The notes below the pieces were generated by a model. That model worked only from the letters and a program-made list of their open reading frames with translations, made no database searches and was not told the origin of the DNA. A DNA stretch of 30,861 nucleotides. Origin: an uncultured bacterium. Its GTDB lineage: Bacteria; Gemmatimonadota; Gemmatimonadetes; Palauibacterales; Palauibacteraceae. Positions within the stretch are counted from its first letter, which is position 1. Every line of letters begins with the position of its first letter. The stretch spans positions 1 to 30,861 of the forward strand of contig CBDUXS010000001.1 in assembly GCA_965371255.1 (NCBI GenBank), given 5' to 3'. Shown piece after piece: positions 1-9,400 of the stretch. The position numbers and the translations under genes were made by a program.

Positions 1-1
1 T

Positions 2-367
2 TACCGTGCCGTCCAGGGGCAGCGTCAGCAGGATCGGACCCACCTCGAACTTCTCACACAGATCGACGGCTTCCGCCATGTCGTTGTCGCATGAGTTGTC
101 GTTCCGCAGCTCAAGCTCTACCTCGCGCAGCACCATTTGCACCTGCGAGATATCGACCGTATTGGTGCCATCGCTGAATACGACGTTGAAGTTCGCCGGG
201 TTGTTGATGGAAGCCGGCGGGGTCTGGGACTGAATCGTCAAGGAAAGCGACACGGTTCCCCCTGTGCTGCCGCCGGGACCCGCCGGGCTGTCGTCGCCGC
301 ACGCCGTGACCAGCCACGGGACCATGACGGCAAGCGCGACTCTGGTAATGCTGCTTCTGTTGACCAT
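2..367 (-). CDS. Predicted lipoprotein, hypothetical; partial, runs off the left edge
   Basis: Not in the ORF track. Manual translation: MVNRSSITRVALAVMVPWLVTAC-GDDSPAGPGGSTGGTVSLSLTIQSQ...EVELELRNDNSCDND...CEKFEVGPILLTLPLDGTV, open to the window edge. AAGGAG RBS lies upstream; lipobox LVTAC. Confidence 0.8.
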   Translation of the reverse strand, partial: MVNRSSITRVALAVMVPWLVTACGDDSPAGPGGSTGGTVSLSLTIQSQTPPASINNPANFNVVFSDGTNTVDISQVQMVLREVELELRNDNSCDNDMAEAVDLCEKFEVGPILLTLPLDGTV

Positions 368-681
368 TTTCCATCTCCTTGGGTTCGTTCTGAAATTCCC
401 TGTTTTTCTCACTCGAAATCGATCTATGTACACGCCTCTACTTGTTCGGACGCCATCCAGCGCCGCGACAAGTGAAAGGCACAAATGGGTCCAGAAGTCA
501 CTTGCTGCGGAAAATGTCAGTTAACTTGCTGGTAGACAGTTTGTTAGATGTATCATAGGCCCGCATTCAGACATTCATGATCTGTGGCGATTCGATACAT
601 ATGGGCGGAAGTTTGCGTCTTCCCGCGGCAGGACTGACGCTGGGGGGCGGGTGTTGCAGTGAGCTCTCCAGCCGCAGGCTT

Positions 682-1071
682 CTACGGCTTCTTGCGGGTA
701 GTCGCCACGTAGCTGCCGTCGCGCAATTTCAGCAGCACGAGCCGGTTGACGGATCCGCACACGGTGCACAGACCGGACTCCCCATCGAGCACCTTGAACT
801 CCGTCGGGCAGCTGCATTCCTCGCACACCGCATGAACGACCGACCACGGTTCGGCCTTCCTGGCTCCGCTGCGCGCAAGGAGCACTCCCATGGCGATTGG
901 CGGAAGCCCCGACAGGGGACACACGCCGCCGTCACAGCACTCACCGAAATCCAGACAGACGACCTGGTTTCCGTCCGGCAGGTTGGCGTGAGCGTGGTGC
1001 AAACGTGAGGGGGTGACCACGAACTGAATGTCCTTCCTGCAGTGCGAGCAGTAGGTCGTGTGCTTGTCCAC
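682..1071 (-). CDS. Cys-rich hypothetical protein (129 aa, three CxxC pairs, 11 Cys), probable metal/Zn-binding
   Basis: 3' part of ORF 682..1188. GGAGGT RBS precedes GTG at 1071, 14 nt after the apbE stop. Motifs CSHC, CEECSC, CTVC and HHAH. Confidence 0.75.
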   Translation of the reverse strand: MDKHTTYCSHCRKDIQFVVTPSRLHHAHANLPDGNQVVCLDFGECCDGGVCPLSGLPPIAMGVLLARSGARKAEPWSVVHAVCEECSCPTEFKVLDGESGLCTVCGSVNRLVLLKLRDGSYVATTRKKP

Positions 1072-1085
1072 TTCTACCTCCAGAA

Positions 1086-2072
1086 TCAAGCCATGTGAAC
1101 GAGTTCCGCCCGGCCGTTCAGTATCTTGCGAGCCGTCTCGTGTGGTGCTCCGAAACAGGCGGTCGCAGCGGCATCCGCCGCCAGGCATGAGTCAGCCGCC
1201 ACCGTGACCGTGTGACCCTTTGTGCGACGGGGCTCTCCGGTTTCCGGGTTGAGGATGTGGTGATAGCGCCTCCCGTTGAAATCGAAGAAGGCCTCGTAGT
1301 CCCCCGATGTTGCAATCGCTCGATCGGACAGGCTCATTGTTGCGAGAAAAGACGACGGGTCTGTGGGCGAGCGGACACCGGCCTCCCAGGGTTCGCCGTC
1401 CTCGGCACGCCCCAGGGCATACAGATCGCCGCCGACATTCACGAGCCCGTCCCGAATCCCAGTGTCGCGAAGGGCTGCCACCGCCAGATCAACAGCGTGA
1501 CCCTTGGCGATCCCGCCCAGGTCAATCGCCAGATCCTGCTCATGAAACCGGACGACGTCGCGGTCCTGCCGGAGACCGACTTCGAGGTTCTCGTACAACC
1601 GGCGATCTGCGTACCGGCGGGTTTCGACCAGTGGAGGGGGTGTCCTTCGATTCCCCACGTCCCACAACTGGACGGCGTTTCCGAGGCACGGATCGAAGCG
1701 GCCTCCGCTCCATGAGGCCCACTGAATGCCGGCCCGCAGCACGGCAGCTGTCTCGGCGTGCACCAGCACCGGCTCACGCGCGGCCAGTTGGTTCGCCCTC
1801 CCCACATCCGAGGAGACGTCAAACCGGGTCATCGTGCGATCGACCCAGAACAGGCACTCGGCTGCGGCTTCGATGGCCGCCTGGGCGAGTCGTTCGTCCT
1901 CGTGCACGACGACGATCTCGGCGATCGAACCCATCACAGGAATGGTGCGGCGAACGAGTCGACGATGCGTCGCCCAGCGGACCAGCGGCAGTGAGACGAC
2001 GAACGCGCCGATCCCCAGCGAAATCAATTCCCGGCGAGATGGTAGCCAGATGCCGTTGTCATGCATTGTCAT
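1086..2072 (-). CDS. apbE: FAD:protein FMN transferase (ApbE/Ftp)
   Basis: Motifs VMGS, FDPCLG, IDLGGIAKGHAVD, VNVGGDL, IATSGDYE, YHHILNPETG, ADAAATA. Start at 2072 or 2066. N-terminal SRRELI followed by a hydrophobic segment. Confidence 0.95.
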   Translation of the reverse strand: MTMHDNGIWLPSRRELISLGIGAFVVSLPLVRWATHRRLVRRTIPVMGSIAEIVVVHEDERLAQAAIEAAAECLFWVDRTMTRFDVSSDVGRANQLAAREPVLVHAETAAVLRAGIQWASWSGGRFDPCLGNAVQLWDVGNRRTPPPLVETRRYADRRLYENLEVGLRQDRDVVRFHEQDLAIDLGGIAKGHAVDLAVAALRDTGIRDGLVNVGGDLYALGRAEDGEPWEAGVRSPTDPSSFLATMSLSDRAIATSGDYEAFFDFNGRRYHHILNPETGEPRRTKGHTVTVAADSCLAADAAATACFGAPHETARKILNGRAELVHMA

Positions 2073-2205
2073 CAGAGGACTCCCATTCCTCGCAGATGCC
2101 CGTACATCCGGCACAGTTGCCGGTACAATCCGATCTATGCCGAACGAATCCGAAAGCTACGAACAGAACGGCCATGATCACGATTCCCGTCACAGCTTCA
2201 ATCAT
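2059..2205 (-). CDS. 48-aa membrane microprotein with CX3CX2CX3C motif
   Basis: MIEAVTGIVIMAVLFVAFGFVRHRSDCTGNCAGCTGICEEWESSDDNA. Its ATG overlaps the rnfA stop (ATGA) and its 3' end overlaps the apbE start, filling the gap exactly. Hidden at the end of track ORF 2059..2901. Confidence 0.75.
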   Translation of the reverse strand: MIEAVTGIVIMAVLFVAFGFVRHRSDCTGNCAGCTGICEEWESSDDNA

Positions 2206-2780
2206 GTGCTGAACAGGCCGGCGAAACCCATGAATGCCAGCGACAGCGAACCGGCGATGATCAGGACCAGGCCCATGCCCCTGGCAAGCGCCGGCACGGT
2301 AGCCAATTCGGTCTGTTCCCGGATCGAGGCCATGAGCACGAGCGCCAGTGTGAGGCCGAGGCCCGCGCCGATGGCGAAGAACAGACCCTCGAGGAACCCG
2401 TAGCCGCGATTCGTCTGGAAAATCGCGAGGCCCAGGATCGCGCAGTTCGTCGTAATGAGCGGCAGGAAGATCCCCAGTTCGCGGAACAGGGTCGGGCTCA
2501 CCTTCTTGATCGTGATTTCCACGATCTGGACCAGCGACGCGATGACGACGATGAACGAGATCAGGCGCAGGTAGGGGGCCGCCGCCAGTACGAACGTGTT
2601 GAGCACCCAGGCCGTCATCGAGGTAAGCACGAGGACGAAGATGTTCGCCGCTCCCATCCGCAGCGCCGTATCGACCCGGGCGGACACGCCCATGAACGGG
2701 CAAAGCCCGAGGAACAGCGCCAGCGTGAAGTTGTTGACCAGCATCGCCGACACCAGAATCCATACGAGGTCGCCCATCAT
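2202..2780 (-). CDS. rnfA: Rnf complex subunit A
   Basis: LVNNFTLALFLGLCPFMG, FLPLITTNCAILG, GSLSLAFMGF. ATG at 2780 overlaps the rnfE stop; the track ORF is over-extended upstream. Confidence 0.95.
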   Translation of the reverse strand: MMGDLVWILVSAMLVNNFTLALFLGLCPFMGVSARVDTALRMGAANIFVLVLTSMTAWVLNTFVLAAAPYLRLISFIVVIASLVQIVEITIKKVSPTLFRELGIFLPLITTNCAILGLAIFQTNRGYGFLEGLFFAIGAGLGLTLALVLMASIREQTELATVPALARGMGLVLIIAGSLSLAFMGFAGLFST

Positions 2781-3439
2781 GCGTGCCTCCCCGTCTTTGA
2801 ACCCACGCCGTGCGGCCACTCCCGGACCACCGTCCGTTCCTGACGACGACTCGCCAGCCAGCCGAAGGCCAGCAGGATGAATCCGAGCGTGAAAAACCCA
2901 CCGGGCGGCAGGATCATGATGATCCATGGCTCGTAAGAACCTCCGAACAGCGGAAAGCCCAGCAAGCTCCCGTACCCGAGGATTTCTCGGATTCCGCCGA
3001 TCATCAGCAGGGCGATGATGAATCCGGTGCCGGTGCCGACGGCGTCCAGCAGGGCTCGGGCCACGGGACGCTTCGAGGCGAACGCCTCCTGCCGCCCGAG
3101 AATCATGCAGTTGACGACGATGAGCGCGATGAAAGCGCCGAGCGCCTTGTGAATATCCGGTACGACAGCGGCCAGTACCATGTCGGCGACCGTGACGAAG
3201 GTCGCGATGATCAGGATGTAGGCGCTGATACGGACCTCGTGCGGGATGACATTCTTGAGCATCGAAACGAACAGGCTCGAGCCGACCAGAACGAAGAACG
3301 TCGCCAGGCCCATCGCCAGGCTGTTCGCCACAGTGTTCGTCACCGCGAGAGCCGGGCACAGCCCGAGCAACTGGACGAGTACGGGATTCTCACGCCAGAC
3401 GCCGCGCGCGAGGTCGTAAGTGGGCGTGGTGGCTCTCAT
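2777..3439 (-). CDS. rnfE: Rnf complex subunit E
   Basis: WRENPVLVQLLGLCPALAVT, ALIVVNCMILGRQEAFASK, MILPPGGFF. Confidence 0.95.
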   Translation of the reverse strand: MRATTPTYDLARGVWRENPVLVQLLGLCPALAVTNTVANSLAMGLATFFVLVGSSLFVSMLKNVIPHEVRISAYILIIATFVTVADMVLAAVVPDIHKALGAFIALIVVNCMILGRQEAFASKRPVARALLDAVGTGTGFIIALLMIGGIREILGYGSLLGFPLFGGSYEPWIIMILPPGGFFTLGFILLAFGWLASRRQERTVVREWPHGVGSKTGRHA

Positions 3440-4104
3440 GGCGTGTTGGTCCGCACCGCGGCAGCCGGGCGCGAAGCTTCGTACGCGAGCAGATAGGGCT
3501 CCAGCTCTTCGAGTCGGTGGTTGATGATCTTGATGACCGTCCGGGACGAGATCGTGGCGCCGGTAATCATGTCGACCTCGTGGGCGTCGCCGGTCCCGCG
3601 GCCGGCCTTCACGCCGACCAGCGGTGGAACCGGATCGGAGAACCCAGCCACGAATCCCGTGTCCTTCTCGATCTTGTCACCGAGCCCCGGTGTTTCCTTG
3701 CTCTCGAGGACCTTCATGCCCCGGACCTGGCCGCTTGTCGGATCGAACGCGAACAGAAGGCGGATCATGTCCTGGAATCCGGGCTCGCCGCCCGCAATCG
3801 CGAATCCGGTCGGGCGATCGCTCGCATCGTAGCCGACGTAGACGCGGTCCAGACCCACCGAATCCACGGCCGCGGGGAGGTCCGAGGTAAAACCGCCATC
3901 GACGAGGAACAGGGTTTCATAGCGCTCGGGACTCCCGAGAACTTCCTGGATCGCCTCACGGAGGACCTCTGCGCGATGGGCCGTGATTTTCGGCTCGGCC
4001 CAGCTGTTTACGAGGACGAGCAGCAGGCCGGCGAGCGCTCCGGCAACGGTCAGCGTCCCCATGAGTCGGGCGGCAGGCTGATCGGTCGTGTGTAGTTCGG
4101 TCAC
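3436..4104 (-). CDS. rnfG: Rnf complex subunit G (FMN-binding)
   Basis: N-terminal TM helix, ETPGLGDKI, FMNylation motif ITGATISS. GTG at 4104 overlaps the rnfD stop. Confidence 0.93.
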   Translation of the reverse strand: MTELHTTDQPAARLMGTLTVAGALAGLLLVLVNSWAEPKITAHRAEVLREAIQEVLGSPERYETLFLVDGGFTSDLPAAVDSVGLDRVYVGYDASDRPTGFAIAGGEPGFQDMIRLLFAFDPTSGQVRGMKVLESKETPGLGDKIEKDTGFVAGFSDPVPPLVGVKAGRGTGDAHEVDMITGATISSRTVIKIINHRLEELEPYLLAYEASRPAAAVRTNTP

Positions 4105-5105
4105 GCCGACACCTCCTCGCGGCCATGGCCGAACACGCGCGGCTGTGTCACCCGGTTGATGAACGGAACGAGCGCGTTCATCAGCAGGATGGCGTACATC
4201 ACGCCTTCCGGCAGGCCACCCCAGGTTCGAATCAACACCACGAGCACGCCGATCCCGATCCCGAATATCCATGCCCCGGCGTTCGTGACCGGAGATGTGA
4301 CCATGTCGGTAGCCATGTACATGGCACCCAGAATGAGGCCACCGGAGAACAGCATGAACAGCGGGCCCGGATAGCGTGATGCGTCGATCGCGTGGAGCAC
4401 CGCGGACAACGCGGCCACGGTCGCAAAGATGCTCGCCGGAATCCGCCAGTTCAGATAGTTCTTGAGCGCCAGGTAGCCGCCGCATGCGAGAATGAGCAGG
4501 CCGGCGGTCTCGCCCAGCGAGCCGCCGGTGCTGCCCAGCATCAGGCCGCCGATATCGGTGGGGATCGCATCGAACTTCCACAGACCCAGCGGCGTGGCGG
4601 CGGTCACCACGTCAGGCGCGTTCGCACTCAGGAGCGGCGGTGCGAAATTGTCACCTCGCAACTGGCCCCAGGACGCGTCCAACCCGGGCCAGGTCGTGAT
4701 CGCGATCGGAAACGCCGCCTGCAGAAATGCCCGTCCAATGAGCGCCGGGTTGAACACGTTCTGCCCCAACCCGCCGAACAGGAGCTTTCCGAATCCGATT
4801 CCGAAGGCTCCGCCGAGGAACGCCATCCACATCGGCATCCCGGCCGGAAGTATCAGGCCGAGCAACAGTCCCGTGATGACGGCCGAGCCGTCTCCGAGCG
4901 AATCCTGGCGGCCGACGGCCCTTTCCGTGAGCACGGCGCCCGCGGTGGCGGCCGCAATGACGAGCAGGGCGCTGGGGCCGGAGAAGTACGTGGCAGCGGC
5001 GACCACAGGGATGAGGCTGCCGACCACGGACCACATGATGCGGCGCGTCGTATCGGGCGCCGTGAGATGCGGCGGCGCCGTGAGTTCCAGCCTCACGCCG
5101 TTCAT
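4101..5105 (-). CDS. rnfD: Rnf complex subunit D
   Basis: PPHL, GSAVITGLLL, FGGLGQNVFNPALIGRAFL, TAATPL, GSLGET, FMATD-like YMATDMVTSP, YAILLMN. ATG at 5105 overlaps the rnfC stop. Confidence 0.95.
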   Translation of the reverse strand: MNGVRLELTAPPHLTAPDTTRRIMWSVVGSLIPVVAAATYFSGPSALLVIAAATAGAVLTERAVGRQDSLGDGSAVITGLLLGLILPAGMPMWMAFLGGAFGIGFGKLLFGGLGQNVFNPALIGRAFLQAAFPIAITTWPGLDASWGQLRGDNFAPPLLSANAPDVVTAATPLGLWKFDAIPTDIGGLMLGSTGGSLGETAGLLILACGGYLALKNYLNWRIPASIFATVAALSAVLHAIDASRYPGPLFMLFSGGLILGAMYMATDMVTSPVTNAGAWIFGIGIGVLVVLIRTWGGLPEGVMYAILLMNALVPFINRVTQPRVFGHGREEVSA

Positions 5106-6430
5106 GCCGCTTGCTCCTTCTGCCGGCGCAGCCCGGCCTTTCCGAGCGCGAACAACTGCGACAGAGGGAGGTTGGACGGACACACGTACGAGCAGCACCC
5201 GCACAGCATGCAGTCCAAGAGGCCGGCCCGCTCCATGTCCTCGTACCGGCCGGCCTGGGCCAGCACCCCAAGCTGCTGGGGATTCAAGAACACCGGGCAC
5301 GAGTCCAGACAGCGCCCGCACTTGATGCACGGATAGGATTCCCGGGGCTTCGTCTCGGCGTGCGTGAGCGCCACGATTCCGGTCGTGCCCTTGATCACGG
5401 GCGCGTCCAGGTCCGGCTGGCAACCGCCCATCATGGGTCCGCCCAGCACGATCTCGGCCACGTCATCCGTCAGGCCGCCGCAGTAGTCCAGTACGTCGCG
5501 GAGCTTCGTTCCGACGGGCACGATGAGGTTCGACGGGTTCCGCACCGCCGGCCCTGTCACGCTGACGACCCGCTCGATCAACGGGAAGCCCGTTTCGAAT
5601 ACTTCGGCGATCGCGGCGATCGAGCCCACGTTCTGCACGACGGTCCCAACGTGGGCCGGGAGTTTGCCCGACGGCACCTCGCGGCCGGTAACCGTTTTGA
5701 TCAGCATCTTTTCCGCGCCTTGCGGATACTTCACGGTCAGGGGAAGGATCGTAATGTCCAGATCTACCGGCCGGGCTGCCTCGAGCGCCGCAATCGCGTC
5801 CGGTTTGTTCTTCTCGACGCCGATTACGACGCGTTCGACACCGAGCGTATGCATCATCACCCGGATTCCGAAGTGCACGCGCTCGGGGTACTCGACCATC
5901 ACGCGATGATCGGTCGTCAGGTAGGGCTCGCATTCGGCCCCATTCACCAGCAGCAGGTTTACCTTTACGCCCTCGGGCGGAAGCAACTTGACGTGCGTGG
6001 GAAACGCCGCGCCACCGAGGCCCACCACACCGGCCTGCTGCACTGCGGCAACGACCTCATCCGGGGACAGGCCTTCCCAATGCGGCACGATCCGGGGCCG
6101 CGGGATTTGCGGCGAGTAGGGCTCCACGGCGATCCGCACTGCCGTGGCCACACTACCATCCGGGTGGGGCCACAGATCAATGTCGGTCACGCGTCCGGCC
6201 GCCGATGTGTGGATAGGGACCGAGATGAACCCGTCGGCCTCCGCAATCATGTCACCCCGCTCAACCCGGTCGCCCTGCTTCACGAGCAAGCGGGCGGACT
6301 TTCCGGCGTGCTGGCGCAACGGCAGAACGATGTCTTCCGGAAACGGCATGCGGCGGATCGGAACCCCTGCTGTAAGGTGCTTGGAGTCCGGGGGATGGAC
6401 ACCATGCCGAAACGTCGGGCGGCGCAACAT
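5102..6430 (-). CDS. rnfC: Rnf complex subunit C (NADH/FMN site, 2x[4Fe-4S])
   Basis: GVHPP, AGVVGLGGAAFPTHVK, NGAECEPYLTTD, KYPQGAEKMLI, GGPMMG, CIKCGRCLDSCP, CMLCGCCSYVCP. ATG at 6430 lies 5 nt after the PFOR stop. Confidence 0.95.
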   Translation of the reverse strand: MLRRPTFRHGVHPPDSKHLTAGVPIRRMPFPEDIVLPLRQHAGKSARLLVKQGDRVERGDMIAEADGFISVPIHTSAAGRVTDIDLWPHPDGSVATAVRIAVEPYSPQIPRPRIVPHWEGLSPDEVVAAVQQAGVVGLGGAAFPTHVKLLPPEGVKVNLLLVNGAECEPYLTTDHRVMVEYPERVHFGIRVMMHTLGVERVVIGVEKNKPDAIAALEAARPVDLDITILPLTVKYPQGAEKMLIKTVTGREVPSGKLPAHVGTVVQNVGSIAAIAEVFETGFPLIERVVSVTGPAVRNPSNLIVPVGTKLRDVLDYCGGLTDDVAEIVLGGPMMGGCQPDLDAPVIKGTTGIVALTHAETKPRESYPCIKCGRCLDSCPVFLNPQQLGVLAQAGRYEDMERAGLLDCMLCGCCSYVCPSNLPLSQLFALGKAGLRRQKEQAA

Positions 6431-6435
6431 GGCAG

Positions 6436-9400
6436 TCAGTTGAACGGCCGGGCGCGCTCGATCCACTTATCCAGGTCCTTCTCTCGCGGGTTGAGCGGCG
6501 TCCCGGGATGGATGATCGCGGCCGGGCATTTCTCCGCGGCCTTGACGAGTTGCGCGAATGTGCCGGCGGCAGCGTCCTTGATATACGCCTGCTTGTTGTC
6601 GTCGTAGGCGAACAGCTTCTTGTTGATGTCGAGGCAGTCATCGCAGGTCGTGCACAGAGCCGTCTCGATGTACGGCGCCATCGCGAGATCCTCGTCATCG
6701 TCCTCCGTTTCAGGCTCGGCGGCGGGCGCTGTCGCCACAGCCGCCTGCTCGGTCACTGAGGCGGTTCCGGTCGAGTCCCCTGCGAACGGCTCGACCAGGT
6801 CGGCGCCACGCGCAGAATTGAACGACACCGGCGGTGCGCTTGCTGCTTCTCTCAGCAGGTCCTCGATCGTCCGATTTCCGTCCCCTGCACCAAGCAGTCC
6901 TGCCGCGAGCCGCCTCGCTACGAGCTTCGGATAGTCCGCCTTCAGCTCCTTAATTCGGGATTCGTAGTCCGAGCGAATTGCCTCCGCCCGGATCTCGAAT
7001 TCGGCCTCAAGGTGAGCTGTATCGAGCCCGGCCAGTTCCTTGAGCTGGGACCAGAACAGCTGGCGGTCCTCGGCCAGCTCGACGATCTCGCTGGACACGC
7101 TCAGGCGGTCGAGGCGCCGATCGTCCCGCAGTGTGTAGACGAATGGTGCATGGTCCTCGCGTTCGTCGGCCGACAGGTCGAAGTACTCATGGAACGGCAA
7201 GTAGTCTTCGTCCGCATCATCCGGAATCGGCCTGAAGTGTTTCCTGAATCGGCCTTCCGTGGCGGCCCAGTCGGCGATCGTGAGCGGGAGGTCCATCGTC
7301 CGCTCGGCCCCCTCGTCGTCCACGTAGGCAAGCTCGTAGCTGGGCCATGCGTCCTCGACGTCGGGATTCCCCTCCAGATCGAGACAGTCGGCGACCGTGT
7401 CCCCAGCGTCGGGATCGTACACCAGAAACGGAAACGCCCGGCTCTCGAGCGCCAGCTTGGCGGAGTGCGGCGCCCACTCGTCGGCGACACCGTGCTCGAC
7501 CGGACAGGGCGTGTAGATGTTGAACACGGCCGGGCGTCGGGAGTTGAGGCCGCGCAGGATGCCCTGCATCATGTGCGAGGCCGACGCCTGCGACGTTTGC
7601 AGCACGTACGCGCCCCTGTGGGCCAGGGCGATGAGGGCCATCTCCTTGCGGGTCTCTTCTTTCCCGTGCTGCACCTGCCCGTAGGCCGCCATGTCGGCGA
7701 TCTGCCCCGTGAATCCGCTCGTGCACGACTGCCCGCCTGTGTTGGAATACACCTGCGTGTCGAGGACGACGACGCGAATCGGTTTTCCGGACGCGAGCAA
7801 CCGCGACAGGTTCTGGAATCCGATGTCGAGCATCGCACCGTCGCCGCCCATCGCCAGGATCGGCGGACACAGGTGGAATTCGTCGTCGTCGAACTGCGTC
7901 CAGTCGAAGGCTCCGAAGAACGGTTCGTGCTCGTCGGCGTCGTACTCGTCGCGAGCCAACAACTCGGCCCGACGGATGCTGATGAAGTTGTCCGCCATTT
8001 TCCGCATGTGGCCCTCGAACAGGCCGATCGCGATCGACGGAGCGTCCTGGAACAGATGGTTGACCCAAGGGAAAGGGTACGGATTGTAGGGGTACGTGCT
8101 TCCCCATACCGACGAACAGCCCGTGGAGTTGCTGATCCCCATCGGCGCGCGTCCCTGCCCGCCGGGCCCTTCCACGTAGCGCCAGCGCAGGTCCTTCAGC
8201 TCATCGATCGCGCGGTTCAACAGGCGCAACCGTTCACCCGCGGCCGCATCCAGTGAGACGTCCACGTGGTCACCTTCCGCCTGACTCAGGCCCGCCACGT
8301 CGGCGTGGGACCCGACCAACTCGCGCGCCTTCCTGTCGAGCCGCTCAAGCAGGTCATCGAGGCGTGCGACCAGCGCTTCCACCCGCGGGATCATCAGCCC
8401 CTCGATCGTCGAAACGAGGATATGCACGGCCGTCTTCTCTCCGCAGCCCATGCATGCACCGTCACCGCCCACCATTGAACCGTAGTTTTTTTTCTTCAGC
8501 AGAAGCGAGGAGAGCACACCAATGCCCTCGTCGAGGTTTGAGATGTTGACGTAGCGGTCGTCCGTGTCGGGCAGGTTCTCCCACAGCCGCCAGTTACGGC
8601 GCAACTGCGCGACATTTTCGTCGTCCTGGCGAACCGTGATCAGCGCACCTTCCGGACACACGTCCACGCAGATGTTGCAGCCCTTGCAGGCCATCGGATT
8701 GACCGTGATGGACAGCAGGCCCCCCGTGCCCTTTTCGCGCGACTCGGGCAGGCCGAAGAACGGGCGCGTCCGTGCCAGGGGGAATCCGGCGATGTGCGGA
8801 AACACCGCGGCGAACTCCTCATCCACGGCCTTCCGGCGCTCGGCGTCCCAGTCGAGTTTCTCGATGACGTTCTGATACGCGGAGGTGAGCACGTCACCAA
8901 ACGTCGTAAACGGAACGCCCTGCATGATCTTGCGGGATTCCCGCCCGAGATGCCCGGAGATCTGCGTCAGGCGATTGAACGCGCGACCGTTTGACGCCGT
9001 CGCGATCGCCGCGTCGATCACCTCTTCCACAGTGTTTACCACCCCGGGGATCGCGGCGTCCGGGCACTGAATCCAGCACTGGCTGCACCCGGTGCACTTA
9101 TCCGCGATGAACTCGGGGATCTCGAACCGGATGTTCGTCATGTCCCGCACGCTGCTCGTGGCGGCCGGGATGGCGCTGATCGCCGCGAACGGGTCCGCGA
9201 TCACGTCTTCACCGGTCGTAGCGCAGAAAGCGCACACCTGCTCCCAGAAGCGCCCTGGATTCCCGACTCCGGGCTGCGCCTGCGGCACGTTCAGTCGACT
9301 CGGCAGCTCGGGCATCGCGTGCTCGCCGGGTTCGTCCGTTCCCACGTCTCCGTGCGGCACCGGCGTCAACTCGTCGAATCCGCGCCGAATGACGCGCACG

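Noticed and set aside
111-374. Track ORF MENGQQKQ... on the minus strand
   Set aside because: Wrong frame; the frame starting at ATG 367 gives a lipobox protein open to the window edge.
2059-5423. Long N-terminal extensions of rnfA/G/D in the track (also the extensions on the oxidoreductase, methyltransferase, PKS, VOC and TPR ORFs)
   Set aside because: They overlap the upstream gene in another frame; internal starts give 4-nt stop/start overlaps or RBSs and family-typical N-termini.
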